Shown: positions 1 to 8,295 of the stretch, piece by piece | How the letters are laid out: each line of letters begins with the position of its first letter | How positions within the stretch are numbered: the stretch's first letter is position 1 | NCBI GenBank assembly: GCA_036260935.1 | Contig: DATALQ010000018.1 | Coordinates: 34,378-98,377, forward strand | From: Clostridia bacterium | GTDB taxonomy: Bacteria; Bacillota; Clostridia; Acetivibrionales; DTU013 | Reading direction: 5' to 3' | Length of the DNA stretch: 64,000 bases | Position numbers and translations under genes: made by a program | The notes under the pieces: generated by a model | What the model saw: the letters and a program-made list of their open reading frames with translations, nothing else | The model's database searches: none | What the model was told of the DNA's origin: nothing

Positions 1-1353
1 ACGGACAACCCCGGAAAAGGCGAGATCATAGAATTCAACTCCTCTATTTTTTCAGCCATGCTGGAGAACTGGGGCGCCGAAGTAAAAGTTTACGGAATCG
101 TTCCGGACAGGTTCCCGCTAATTAAGGAAGCCGTTCAAAAGGCCGCCGCCGAATGTGACATGGTGGTTTTGAACGCGGGCTCGTCGGCAGGCAGGGAGGA
201 TTTTTCCTCAAGAGCAGTAACCGAAAGCGGCAGGCTTATAACGCACGGTATCGCGATCAGGCCGGGGAAACCCGCGATCCTTGGAATAGTTAACGGGCGG
301 CCGATAGTAGGCGTTCCAGGATATCCTGTTTCAGGTATCATAGTGATGGACAGGCTGTTTAAAAGGGTATTGGAAAGCCTTATGCACGTTGAACACCATG
401 AAGGTGTCATGGCAAATGCCGTGCTCTCGAGGAAAATAGTGTCATCGCTAAAGTATAAAGAGTTTGTCAGGATGAAGCTTGGGGCCGTGGACGGAAAGCT
501 TATTGCCACGCCCTTGAACCGTGGCGCCGGGGTTGTAACCTCCTTCGTAAAAGCGGATGGGTTAATGGAGATACCCATCAATTCGGAAGGTTATGAAGCC
601 GGACGTGAGGTGGACGTCGAGCTTCTGAGAGACAGGGGCGAGATCGAAAACACACTGGTTGTAACAGGCAGCCATGACCCTTTGATCGATCTTGTTTCCG
701 ACCTGCTGAGGAGAAAGCATACGGGCGAATATATCGCCTCGTCGCACGTGGGAAGCATGGGAGGAATCACTGCGGTCAGGAGGGGCGAGGCTCACCTTGC
801 GGGAATACACCTTCTCGATGAGGAGACGGGAGGGTATAACGAAAGCTATATAAATAAATATTTAAGCACTGAAAAAATTTTTTTGATTCGTTGTGTAAAG
901 AGGATCCAGGGCCTGATGATAGCCAAAGGAAATCCTAAAAATATTAAGGACTTTGAGGACATTGCAAGGGAAGGAATAAGTTACGTCAACAGGCAAAAGG
1001 GATCCGGCACAAGGGTATTGCTGAATTACCTGCTGAAAAAGAAAGGTATGGCTTCCGGCAGCATTTACGGATACGACCGTGAAGAGTTCACGCATATGTC
1101 GGTCGCAGCGCTGGTTGCTTCGGGGAGCGCCGACGCCGGTATGGGGATATATTCAGCGGCCCATGCCTACGATCTGGATTTCATACCGGTTTGCGAGGAG
1201 CAATATGATTTTATAATGCCTGTCCGGTTCACTGAATTGGAAATTGTAAAGCATTTTATAAGCATACTGGAATCATCAGAGTTCAAAGCGGAGCTTGACC
1301 GCATGGGGGGATACAGATTGGACAAACCCGGAGAAATGCGGATATTCGGATAA
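1..1353 (+). CDS. moeA: MoeA-type molybdopterin molybdenumtransferase, C-terminal part, fused to a periplasmic-binding-protein-like domain (5' end outside window)
   Basis: The frame is open from nt 1 to the first listed Met (58), so the gene starts upstream. GIAIRPGKPAILG...GVPGYPVSG is the MoeA core. The last ~230 aa (TGSHDPLIDL...NRQKGSGTR) resemble the PBP-type oxyanion-binding domain often fused to clostridial MoeA. moaA-moaC follow. Confidence 0.75.
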   Translation, partial: TDNPGKGEIIEFNSSIFSAMLENWGAEVKVYGIVPDRFPLIKEAVQKAAAECDMVVLNAGSSAGREDFSSRAVTESGRLITHGIAIRPGKPAILGIVNGRPIVGVPGYPVSGIIVMDRLFKRVLESLMHVEHHEGVMANAVLSRKIVSSLKYKEFVRMKLGAVDGKLIATPLNRGAGVVTSFVKADGLMEIPINSEGYEAGREVDVELLRDRGEIENTLVVTGSHDPLIDLVSDLLRRKHTGEYIASSHVGSMGGITAVRRGEAHLAGIHLLDEETGGYNESYINKYLSTEKIFLIRCVKRIQGLMIAKGNPKNIKDFEDIAREGISYVNRQKGSGTRVLLNYLLKKKGMASGSIYGYDREEFTHMSVAALVASGSADAGMGIYSAAHAYDLDFIPVCEEQYDFIMPVRFTELEIVKHFISILESSEFKAELDRMGGYRLDKPGEMRIFG

Positions 1354-1476
1354 CCCGGATAACCTAAGACAAATATGTTTATTTAGATAAATAGAATTGC
1401 CGCAGAAATAACTGCAGTATTGATTTACGGGGAGATTGTATTTAAAAACATATATTAGAAACGTGAGGCGCTTACT

Positions 1477-2436
1477 ATGAAAGATCAATTCGGGAGGGAA
1501 ATTGAGTATTTGAGGATTTCCGTTACGCAAAACTGCAATTTGAAATGCTTATACTGCTCCCCCGATGGGAGCGGCGGCGTGCCAAAATGCCCTGATTATC
1601 TGTCGCCGGAGGAATTTGAAAGAATCGTAAGGTCGATGGTAAAAACAGGAATACGCAATGTTAGGATAACAGGCGGCGAGCCTTTAACGCGCTGCGATAT
1701 ATGTGAAATAATCGAAAGGATTTCTAAAATAGAGGGCATTGAGGATCTGTCAATGACCACGAATGGTATAAACCTTGGCAAAATGGCGGACAAGCTGAAG
1801 GCAGCAGGCTTGAAAAGGCTCAACATCAGCATGGATTCGCTGAAGGCGGACAAGTTCAGGTATATTACAGGCGGCGGAAGGCTTGAAGACACGATGAAGG
1901 GCATACAAAAATCGATGGAATTGGGCATGAATCCTGTCAAAATCAATACTGTGCTAATAAAAGGCGTAAATGATGATGAGATAGACGATTTTATACAACT
2001 GACAAAAGACAGCCCCCTGGAGGTCAGATTTATCGAGCTTATGCCGATAGGCAGGTTCGGTGAGGAAAATTCCGACAAATCCATCAGTAATTCGGACATT
2101 ATTGAAGCAAGGCCTGAACTTGTGCCTTGCGAGGATGGACTGGCCGGGGCTCCCGCAAGATATTACAGGATCGAAGGGTACAAGGGCAAAGTAGGCTTCA
2201 TAAGCCCTATGAGCCATAAGTTCTGCAGCAGCTGCAACAGGATCAGGCTGACCTGCGAGGGCAAAATCAAACCCTGCCTTGGAAACAACGGGGAGTCGGA
2301 TATTACAGAAGTATTGAAACAGGACTCCGCAGCACTGGATGAATTCGTCAGGAAGGCCATATATGAAAAACCTGAAGGCCATAATTTCGGGAAAGATTTT
2401 TCTTCGGTAAGAAATATGAGCATGATCGGAGGATAA
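1477..2436 (+). CDS. moaA: GTP 3',8-cyclase MoaA (radical SAM)
   Basis: 319 aa. N-terminal CNLKCLYC (Cx3Cx2C) radical-SAM motif and C-terminal CSSCNRIRLTCEGKIKPC second-cluster motif. Lies directly upstream of moaC. Confidence 0.9.
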   Translation: MKDQFGREIEYLRISVTQNCNLKCLYCSPDGSGGVPKCPDYLSPEEFERIVRSMVKTGIRNVRITGGEPLTRCDICEIIERISKIEGIEDLSMTTNGINLGKMADKLKAAGLKRLNISMDSLKADKFRYITGGGRLEDTMKGIQKSMELGMNPVKINTVLIKGVNDDEIDDFIQLTKDSPLEVRFIELMPIGRFGEENSDKSISNSDIIEARPELVPCEDGLAGAPARYYRIEGYKGKVGFISPMSHKFCSSCNRIRLTCEGKIKPCLGNNGESDITEVLKQDSAALDEFVRKAIYEKPEGHNFGKDFSSVRNMSMIGG

Positions 2437-2442
2437 GGTATT

Positions 2443-2919
2443 ATGGAGCTTTCACATGTTGACGAGAACGGAAATGCGCGCATGGTGGATGTCTCACAAA
2501 AGGACATGACTGCCAGGGAGGCTGTTGCTGCCGGTCGCATATATATGAGGCCGGAGACGCTGAAAAAGATATTGGAAAATAACATGCCCAAGGGCGACGT
2601 GCTTTCAACCGCAAGGATAGCCGGGATCATGGGAGCAAAGCGCACCCAGGAGCTCATTCCCATGTGCCATCAGGTGCCGCTCGACGTTGTTGAGATCGAG
2701 TTGGCGCAGGATGAGGAGAAAAGCTGCATAGATATCAAAGCGACCGCAAGATGCTACTGGAAGACAGGGGTCGAGATGGAGGCGCTTACCGCAGTTTCAG
2801 TGGCAGGACTGACCATATACGATATGTGCAAGGCAGTGGACAAGGAAATGGTTATCGGAGAGATAATGCTTATAAGAAAATCAGGCGGAAAATCCGGGGT
2901 GTTCGAAAGGAGAAAGTAA
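2443..2919 (+). CDS. moaC: Cyclic pyranopterin monophosphate synthase MoaC
   Basis: 158 aa with the conserved MoaC region AGIMGAKRTQELIPMCHQ. Starts 6 nt after the moaA stop. Confidence 0.9.
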   Translation: MELSHVDENGNARMVDVSQKDMTAREAVAAGRIYMRPETLKKILENNMPKGDVLSTARIAGIMGAKRTQELIPMCHQVPLDVVEIELAQDEEKSCIDIKATARCYWKTGVEMEALTAVSVAGLTIYDMCKAVDKEMVIGEIMLIRKSGGKSGVFERRK

Positions 2920-2922
2920 ATC

Positions 2923-3357
2923 ATGGCCAGTGTTTTAGCAATCAATATCAGTGAGAAAAAAGGCGTTCCAAAGAAAACGATCGACCAGGGTGAATTCATA
3001 GTGGACTTCGGCCTGAAGGGAGACGCTCACGGCGGCAACTGGCACAGGCAGGTAAGCCTTCTTGGGCAGGAAAGCATTGACAAGATGACGGCTATAGGAA
3101 TAAAAGGCCTGTGTTCGGGGAAATTCGCTGAGAATATAACAACGGAAGGCATAGTACTATACGAGCTGCCTGTTGGTACCAGGCTCAACATTGGCGATGT
3201 GCTCTTTGAAGTTACCCAGATAGGCAAGGAATGTCACCAGAAATGCGCCATATTCAAGCTTGTTGGAAATTGCGTAATGCCTAAGGAAGGTATTTTTGCG
3301 AAGGTCTTGAAGGGCGGCATCATCAAAAAAGGCGATAAAATTGAGATCGTGAAATAA
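2923..3357 (+). CDS. MOSC domain-containing protein
   Basis: 144 aa. Short MOSC-type pattern (GLKGDAHGG..HRQVSLLGQES, beta-barrel C-terminus). Starts 3 nt after the moaC stop. Confidence 0.75.
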   Translation: MASVLAINISEKKGVPKKTIDQGEFIVDFGLKGDAHGGNWHRQVSLLGQESIDKMTAIGIKGLCSGKFAENITTEGIVLYELPVGTRLNIGDVLFEVTQIGKECHQKCAIFKLVGNCVMPKEGIFAKVLKGGIIKKGDKIEIVK

Positions 3358-3383
3358 AACGGATTGATTCGGAGGGCAGCGCA

Positions 3384-4202
3384 ATGCTTGATGAAAATGG
3401 GGTCTTAAGGTATTCGAGGCAGATCATTCTGAAAGATGTAGGAATGGCAGGTCAGGAAAAGCTACTGAAATCGGGCGTCCTGGTGGTAGGCGCAGGCGGC
3501 CTGGGATCGCCGGCGCTGTATTATCTGGCGGCTGCTGGCGTTGGTAAAATCGGGGTTGTGGATTTTGACACCGTGGGCATTTCCAACCTGCAAAGACAGA
3601 TACTTTATACTACCGGTGATCTGCAGAAGAAGAAGGTCGATATTGCGGCCGAGAGGCTTGCTGATCTGAATCCTGATGTTAAGGCAGTTAAATACCCCTT
3701 CAGGATCGATAAAAATAACATCGAGGATATAATAGACGGGTACGATGTCGTCATAGACGCGACTGACAACTTCACGGCAAGGTATCTGGTCAGCGACAGC
3801 TGCCATTTGGCCGGGAAACCGCTGGTAGAGGGAGCTGTGCTTGCGTTTACAGGCATGCTGATGACTGTCATCCCGGGGAAAACGCCCTGCTACAGGTGCC
3901 TTTATCCGGAACCGCCAAGGGAGGGTGATGTACCTACCTGCTCGGACGCCGGGATTATAGGCATGATAGCCGGGACTATCGGCTCACTGCAGGCTCTGGA
4001 AGCGGTAAAAGTGATACTTGGCATCGGGGATATAATGGCAGGCAGGGTGTTGTTTTTTGACGGCCTCGATTTGAGCTTCAGGGAAATGAAGCTCGAAAGG
4101 AACAGGCACTGCCGGCTTTGCGGCGAAAACCCCAGTATTAAGGAACCAGTCCAATATGAAATGAATTATTGCGCAAGCAAGATAAGAGATTTTACTGAAT
4201 AA
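3384..4202 (+). CDS. moeB: ThiF/MoeB/HesA-family adenylyltransferase (probable molybdopterin-synthase adenylyltransferase)
   Basis: 272 aa. Has RYSRQI, the GAGGLGSP nucleotide loop and paired CxxC zinc motifs (CYRC ... CRLC). Located in the Moco gene context. Confidence 0.8.
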   Translation: MLDENGVLRYSRQIILKDVGMAGQEKLLKSGVLVVGAGGLGSPALYYLAAAGVGKIGVVDFDTVGISNLQRQILYTTGDLQKKKVDIAAERLADLNPDVKAVKYPFRIDKNNIEDIIDGYDVVIDATDNFTARYLVSDSCHLAGKPLVEGAVLAFTGMLMTVIPGKTPCYRCLYPEPPREGDVPTCSDAGIIGMIAGTIGSLQALEAVKVILGIGDIMAGRVLFFDGLDLSFREMKLERNRHCRLCGENPSIKEPVQYEMNYCASKIRDFTE

Positions 4203-4210
4203 TTGCTGAT

Positions 4211-4236
4211 GACAGGCACTTCTCCCTGTCGCTTTC
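4211..4236 (+). terminator. Weak hairpin after moeB
   Basis: GACAGG-N8-CCTGTC followed by GCTTTCG, 9 nt after the stop. The U-tract is short. Confidence 0.35.
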
Positions 4237-4395
4237 GAATGCATTGGCGGCGGCTTACTGTTTACCGCCAAGCCTTAAGGCAGTTGCAAATAGTGTGCCG
4301 CCAGGCCTTTCATCAGTGAGTTCTCTTACGTCATCTGGCCGACTTCATCTCTGGCCGATTTCTCGGTATAATTTCCAGAAATATGAAATAATTGG

Positions 4396-4440
4396 TTGAC
4401 ACTGTCAATTAATTTACATATAATATAGCTGACGACGTCA
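4396..4440 (+). promoter_or_regulatory. SigmaA-type promoter with overlapping dyads (candidate MarR operator)
   Basis: TTGACA (4396-4401), 17 nt, TATAAT (4419-4424). The -35 lies inside the dyad TTGAC-ACT-GTCAA (4396-4408). A second palindrome TGACG-A-CGTCA (4430-4440) sits near the predicted +1. Confidence 0.6.
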
Positions 4441-4466
4441 ACCATATTACTTAAGGAAGAATCCTG

Positions 4467-4943
4467 ATGCATAAAAATATACCTGATATTTATAGCTCTT
4501 TACAGCAAATTGCCTGGCTATTTGGAGGCCATGGGATTAACGGAGAATGCTGCGGAGATCTGTCATTCGTTGATTTCATAGCCCTTAAAAAGGTTTATGA
4601 GAACACTGCAATAACCATACAAGGGATAGGTAATGCCTTGAACTTTACCAAGAGCGGAGCAACGAGGATCATAAACCGGCTGGAGATTAAGGGTTACGTA
4701 ACGCGGGAAAATTCGCCTGAAGACGGAAGAGTCTGCTGTGTAATGATTACTGAAAAAGGGGTAACTGTAGTTTCAAAAATCATTAAGAACTATACTGAAT
4801 ACTTGCATGAAACTCTGAAAAACTTGGACACAGAAGCTGTGGAGCAAGTTAAAAAAGTATTGGATACATTGTTAGCTGAATTAAATAAAAACAAACAATG
4901 CATCTCGGATCCATTAACAGTATTGGAAGGGGAATGTATTTGA
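4467..4943 (+). CDS. MarR-family transcriptional regulator with vicinal cysteine pairs
   Basis: 158 aa. wHTH region NALNFTKSGATRIINRLEIKGYVTRENSPEDGR. Cys pairs at GECCGD and RVCCVM plus two C-terminal Cys. The stop overlaps the next gene's start by 10 nt. Confidence 0.8.
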   Translation: MHKNIPDIYSSLQQIAWLFGGHGINGECCGDLSFVDFIALKKVYENTAITIQGIGNALNFTKSGATRIINRLEIKGYVTRENSPEDGRVCCVMITEKGVTVVSKIIKNYTEYLHETLKNLDTEAVEQVKKVLDTLLAELNKNKQCISDPLTVLEGECI

Positions 4944-5833
4944 ACTCACTCTTTGATACGATAAAGTATTTTATTACGATCATGTCAGAGCTCATTGTCC
5001 TGTTCATTGGAATCAGTACTCTTGTAGCTTTGGCCCTTATGTACCTGCCACCGGATAAAATGAAAAATTGGATGTCAGGCAAAGGTATACTCGGTAACAT
5101 CCTGGGGGTTCTATTCGGTGCAGTAACGCCCTTTTGTGCCTGTTCCACTGTCCCTATAACTCTTGGGCTTATAAAGGCAGGCATTCCGTTCGGTACCGTA
5201 ATGTCTTTTGTAATAGCATCGCCGCTGATGGACCCATTAGTGTTTATAATGCTGGGGTCATTTTTAGGATGGAAGGTAGCTATTGGATTCCTACTTCTTA
5301 CATCAGCTTTTTCTGTTATTTTCGGCGTTCTTCTCGATAAGCTGGGCTGGGCCAATCAGGTGAAGAACGTCAGGATCAAAGGCGGTTCCGGCGAACACAC
5401 CGGGGAAGTGCCAAGCGGATTCAAAGCCAGGCTGAAGGCCTCTTTCTTTAAGGCTTTTGGTGACTTCAAGGCAGTATTTCTTTATATGATTATTGGTGTC
5501 GGCATAGGCGCTTTAATTTATGGATATCTGCCGGCTGATCTTTTGGCGAAGGTTGCCGGCCCTGATAATCCTTTCGCTGTGATTGTTGTAGCATTGATCG
5601 GTATGCCTCTTTATATACGCGTCGAATCTGCCATACCAATTGGTCTTGCTTTGCTTAATAAGGGAGCCAGTATAGGCGCCGTAATTGCCTTGATAATCAG
5701 CGGCGCCGGTATTGCAATACCTGAACTGACTATGCTTGCAAGTATTTTTAAGAAAAAGATCATTATTGCATTTATTGTCATTGTATTCGTTTCCGCGGTG
5801 CTTTCCGGATTGATATTTAACATGCTTGTATAA
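4934..5833 (+). CDS. COG0701/ArsP-like permease (copy A) with TPFCACS motif
   Basis: Polytopic membrane protein with the motif GAVTPFCACSTVP. I prefer ATG 4934 (preceded by GGAAGGGGA) over the listed 4898 start. Confidence 0.75.
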   Translation: MYLNSLFDTIKYFITIMSELIVLFIGISTLVALALMYLPPDKMKNWMSGKGILGNILGVLFGAVTPFCACSTVPITLGLIKAGIPFGTVMSFVIASPLMDPLVFIMLGSFLGWKVAIGFLLLTSAFSVIFGVLLDKLGWANQVKNVRIKGGSGEHTGEVPSGFKARLKASFFKAFGDFKAVFLYMIIGVGIGALIYGYLPADLLAKVAGPDNPFAVIVVALIGMPLYIRVESAIPIGLALLNKGASIGAVIALIISGAGIAIPELTMLASIFKKKIIIAFIVIVFVSAVLSGLIFNMLV

Positions 5834-5876
5834 GCGTGCTGATGATACAAAAATTACTAAAAAGGAGGTTGTGATC

Positions 5877-6044
5877 ATGAAAGAAGAAAATGAGAAAAAG
5901 AGCTTGTTTGTTCGTTTGGCCGGGAAAGGGAAAAAGAAATCCTGTTGCTGTAATATCGAAGTGGAAGAAATCCCTGAAGAAAACCAGGACGCAAAGAAAG
6001 AGAAGGATGCAAAAAAGGATGAGGGTAATTCCTGCTGCAGATAG
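5877..6044 (+). CDS. 55-aa Lys/Glu-rich protein with CCC and CC clusters (unknown function)
   Basis: Near-perfect SD AAGGAGGT 8 nt before ATG 5877. Sequence MKEENEKKSLFVRLAGKGKKKSCCCNIEVEEIPEENQDAKKEKDAKKDEGNSCCR. Followed by a rho-independent terminator. The listed ORF start 5826 has no SD. Confidence 0.7.
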   Translation: MKEENEKKSLFVRLAGKGKKKSCCCNIEVEEIPEENQDAKKEKDAKKDEGNSCCR

Positions 6045-6071
6045 TACGTCGGTCAACCTTTCATCTATCAG

Positions 6072-6100
6072 AACTCCCGCTTGTTGGGAGTTTTTTGTTT
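6072..6100 (+). terminator. Rho-independent terminator of the MarR-permease-small protein unit
   Basis: AACTCCC-N7-GGGAGTT followed by TTTTTGTTTT. Confidence 0.8.
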
Positions 6101-6119
6101 TCGATTTACAAAATAAATA

Positions 6120-6161
6120 TTGACATCTATTTATACAATAATATAATGATATTATGATATT
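6120..6161 (+). promoter_or_regulatory. SigmaA-type promoter plus AT-rich repeat (candidate ArsR operator)
   Basis: TTGACA (6120-6125), 16 nt, TATAAT (6142-6147). Tandem ATGATATT ATGATATT (6146-6161) contains the dyad AATAT-N4-ATATT. Confidence 0.55.
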
Positions 6162-6196
6162 AGAAAAAGCTAATATAACAGAAAGGTAGTTAAACT

Positions 6197-6511
6197 ATGA
6201 TAAATATGGGAAGCCAGCTTGTTTCGAATATTTTCAAGGCATTGGCCCATCCTACCAGGATACAGATCATTAAGCTATTGAAGGACGGCGAAATGTGCGT
6301 TTGCGATATTTTGCCCAAAATAGATTCGGAACAGTCGAACACATCGCAGCATCTGACAGTTCTAAAAAGTCAGGGCATCGTTGATAGCAGAAAAGAGGGT
6401 TCAAGGGTTATTTATTCTGTGAAAAACAAAGAGGTCTTTGAAATGCTTGAACTGGCTGAGAAAATCATACTTCGGCAGCTCGAGGATACTAAAGCATTAC
6501 TGTCAAAATGA
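6197..6511 (+). CDS. arsR: ArsR/SmtB-family metalloregulator with CVC site
   Basis: 104 aa. ALAHPTRIQIIKLL..GEMCVCDI matches the ELCVCDL-type As(III)/Sb(III) sensing site. These are its only two Cys. Confidence 0.85.
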   Translation: MINMGSQLVSNIFKALAHPTRIQIIKLLKDGEMCVCDILPKIDSEQSNTSQHLTVLKSQGIVDSRKEGSRVIYSVKNKEVFEMLELAEKIILRQLEDTKALLSK

Positions 6512-6538
6512 AGAACAGGGACTGAGTGGGGTCAACTT

Positions 6539-7543
6539 ATGAACATATTAGAATGGCTAAACAATCAGATACTAAAAATGGAGTGGCTTGCCGCACTGGT
6601 AAAGCTTCTTGTTGAAAAGGTATTCGGGCTCAGTACAGGGGAAAGGCTTGGCGGCAGCATCCATTTCTTTATTTATGACGTTGTAAAAATTTTTATTCTG
6701 CTTTCAGTGCTTATATTTGTGATTTCATATGTCCAGAGTTATTTTCCGCCTGAAAGGACCAGAAAAATACTGGGCCGGTACAACGGTTTTTTTGCAAACC
6801 TGCTTGGCGCATTGCTTGGGACGGTTACTCCATTTTGCTCCTGCTCGTCGATTCCGTTGTTTATAGGTTTCACGAGTGCAGGGCTGCCGATCGGAGTTAC
6901 TTTTTCCTTTCTGATCTCCTCTCCGTTAGTAGACCTCGCTTCGGTATTACTGCTGGCAAGTATTTTCAACTGGAAAATAGCTATAGCTTACGTGCTGGTT
7001 GGCATAATACTGGCCGTAATCGGCGGAACAATCATAAGTAAAGCAAAACTGGAGAAGTATGTAGAACCTTTTGTTTTTAATAACAAGATGCTGGATGTCG
7101 AACAGGAAGCATTGACTAAACGCGATAGAGTAAACTTTGCAAAAGATCAGGTTTTGAGCATTGTCAGGAAGGTTTGGCTGTATATATTGATCGGAGTCGG
7201 AATAGGCGCCGCTATTCATAATTGGATCCCGGAGCCGGTCATAACGGCTGTTCTGGGCCAGGATAAATGGTACTCGGTGCTTTTGGCAACTATCGTTGGA
7301 ATTCCGATGTATGCTGATATTTTTGGGACTCTGCCGATCGCAGAAGCTCTGGTACAAAAAGGTGTAGGTATCGGAACAGCCTTGTCTTTCATGATGGCTG
7401 TGACTGCTCTTTCTCTTCCCTCTATGATTATGCTGAAGAAGGTAGTAAAAACAAAGCTGCTCGTAATATTTGCAGGGATTGTAACACTTGGAATCATGAT
7501 AATCGGATATGTATTCAATATATTTGGTTATCTATTATTATAA
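6539..7543 (+). CDS. COG0701/ArsP-like permease (copy B) with TPFCSCS motif
   Basis: 334 aa polytopic membrane protein with the motif GTVTPFCSCSSIP. Paralogous to the 4934-5833 product. Confidence 0.8.
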   Translation: MNILEWLNNQILKMEWLAALVKLLVEKVFGLSTGERLGGSIHFFIYDVVKIFILLSVLIFVISYVQSYFPPERTRKILGRYNGFFANLLGALLGTVTPFCSCSSIPLFIGFTSAGLPIGVTFSFLISSPLVDLASVLLLASIFNWKIAIAYVLVGIILAVIGGTIISKAKLEKYVEPFVFNNKMLDVEQEALTKRDRVNFAKDQVLSIVRKVWLYILIGVGIGAAIHNWIPEPVITAVLGQDKWYSVLLATIVGIPMYADIFGTLPIAEALVQKGVGIGTALSFMMAVTALSLPSMIMLKKVVKTKLLVIFAGIVTLGIMIIGYVFNIFGYLLL

Positions 7544-7563
7544 AATATACGGAGGTCAAAAGT

Positions 7564-7815
7564 ATGTCAAAAACATGGTACCCTGTAATTGATTATGAGA
7601 AGTGTATTGAATGCGGTACATGCACCGATAAGTGCAAACATGGGGTTTACGACTGGAAGAAGGCGCCAACCCCTGTAGTTATTTTTCCTGAAGGCTGCGT
7701 GCAAGGCTGTCACGGCTGCGGAATCCTCTGCCCACAGGGAGCAATAAGCTATGTCGGTGATGTAACGGCAAAAGCGGAAAACTGTGGTTGCTCTTGCGAG
7801 GACGAAGATTCTTAA
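7564..7815 (+). CDS. 2x[4Fe-4S] ferredoxin-like protein with C-terminal CGCSC tail
   Basis: 83 aa. CIECGTCTDKC (Cx2Cx2Cx3C) and CVQGCHGCGILCP motifs, plus an extra CGCSCEDEDS tail. SD GGAGGT 8 nt upstream. Confidence 0.8.
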   Translation: MSKTWYPVIDYEKCIECGTCTDKCKHGVYDWKKAPTPVVIFPEGCVQGCHGCGILCPQGAISYVGDVTAKAENCGCSCEDEDS

Positions 7816-7899
7816 GGCGGGTATGGGTTCATGCTGTTAGTGTTTTATATGTTCTATTTGGTGCTCTAAATACAATGCTTTAATGGAGGAGTGAATCGT

Positions 7900-8139
7900 A
7901 TGGTAATAAAAGTTTTAGGTTCCGGATGTAAAAACTGCGTAGCTTTAAAGGAGAATACCGAGGCTGCCTTGAAAGAAACGGGCATTGCAGCGGAAATAAT
8001 CAAGGTGACGGATTTTAAAGACATAATGGCGTATGGGGTAATGTCTACTCCAGCTCTCGTAATTGATGAGAAGGTCGTTTCCTTCGGCAAGGTTCTAAAG
8101 CCTAAAGAAATAGTGAATATACTGACTAAATTGGCGTAG
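7900..8139 (+). CDS. Small thioredoxin-fold protein (redox-active disulfide protein 2 / MTH895-like)
   Basis: 79 aa from ATG 7900 (GGAGGA 9 nt upstream; the listed GTG 7891 is less likely). MVIKVLGSGCKNC has a CxxC at the N-terminus, typical of this family. Confidence 0.8.
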   Translation: MVIKVLGSGCKNCVALKENTEAALKETGIAAEIIKVTDFKDIMAYGVMSTPALVIDEKVVSFGKVLKPKEIVNILTKLA

Positions 8140-8295
8140 ACATGATTCAGAGGGGTTCCCCGCCCAAATAAGCGGGACAGCAGACAAATAAGTTAACTTG
8201 CTGATAATAAAAAATTAACGTTATTTTAAAGATACCGGGGTATATTTAGTAATATAGTCTTGTATCTTTTTTATTAAACAACTTAAGGAGCTATT

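Noticed and set aside
1354-1476. Looked for a Moco riboswitch upstream of moaA.
   Set aside because: I could not see the conserved Moco-motif elements or a convincing multi-stem structure in this AT-rich 123-nt spacer. A covariance-model scan would be needed to be sure.
4898-4933. N-terminal extensions offered by the ORF track: permease A 4898, small protein 5826, LUD 14288, surface protein 15254, DGC 24088, RR2 30840, SBP 32636, fucU 38765, SBP2 42395, DUF3892 46362, ric 46296, esterase 56367, ABC 61535.
   Set aside because: In each case an internal ATG/GTG with a proper SD gives the family-typical N-terminus (signal peptide, REC start, etc.). The extension overlaps the upstream gene or lacks an SD.
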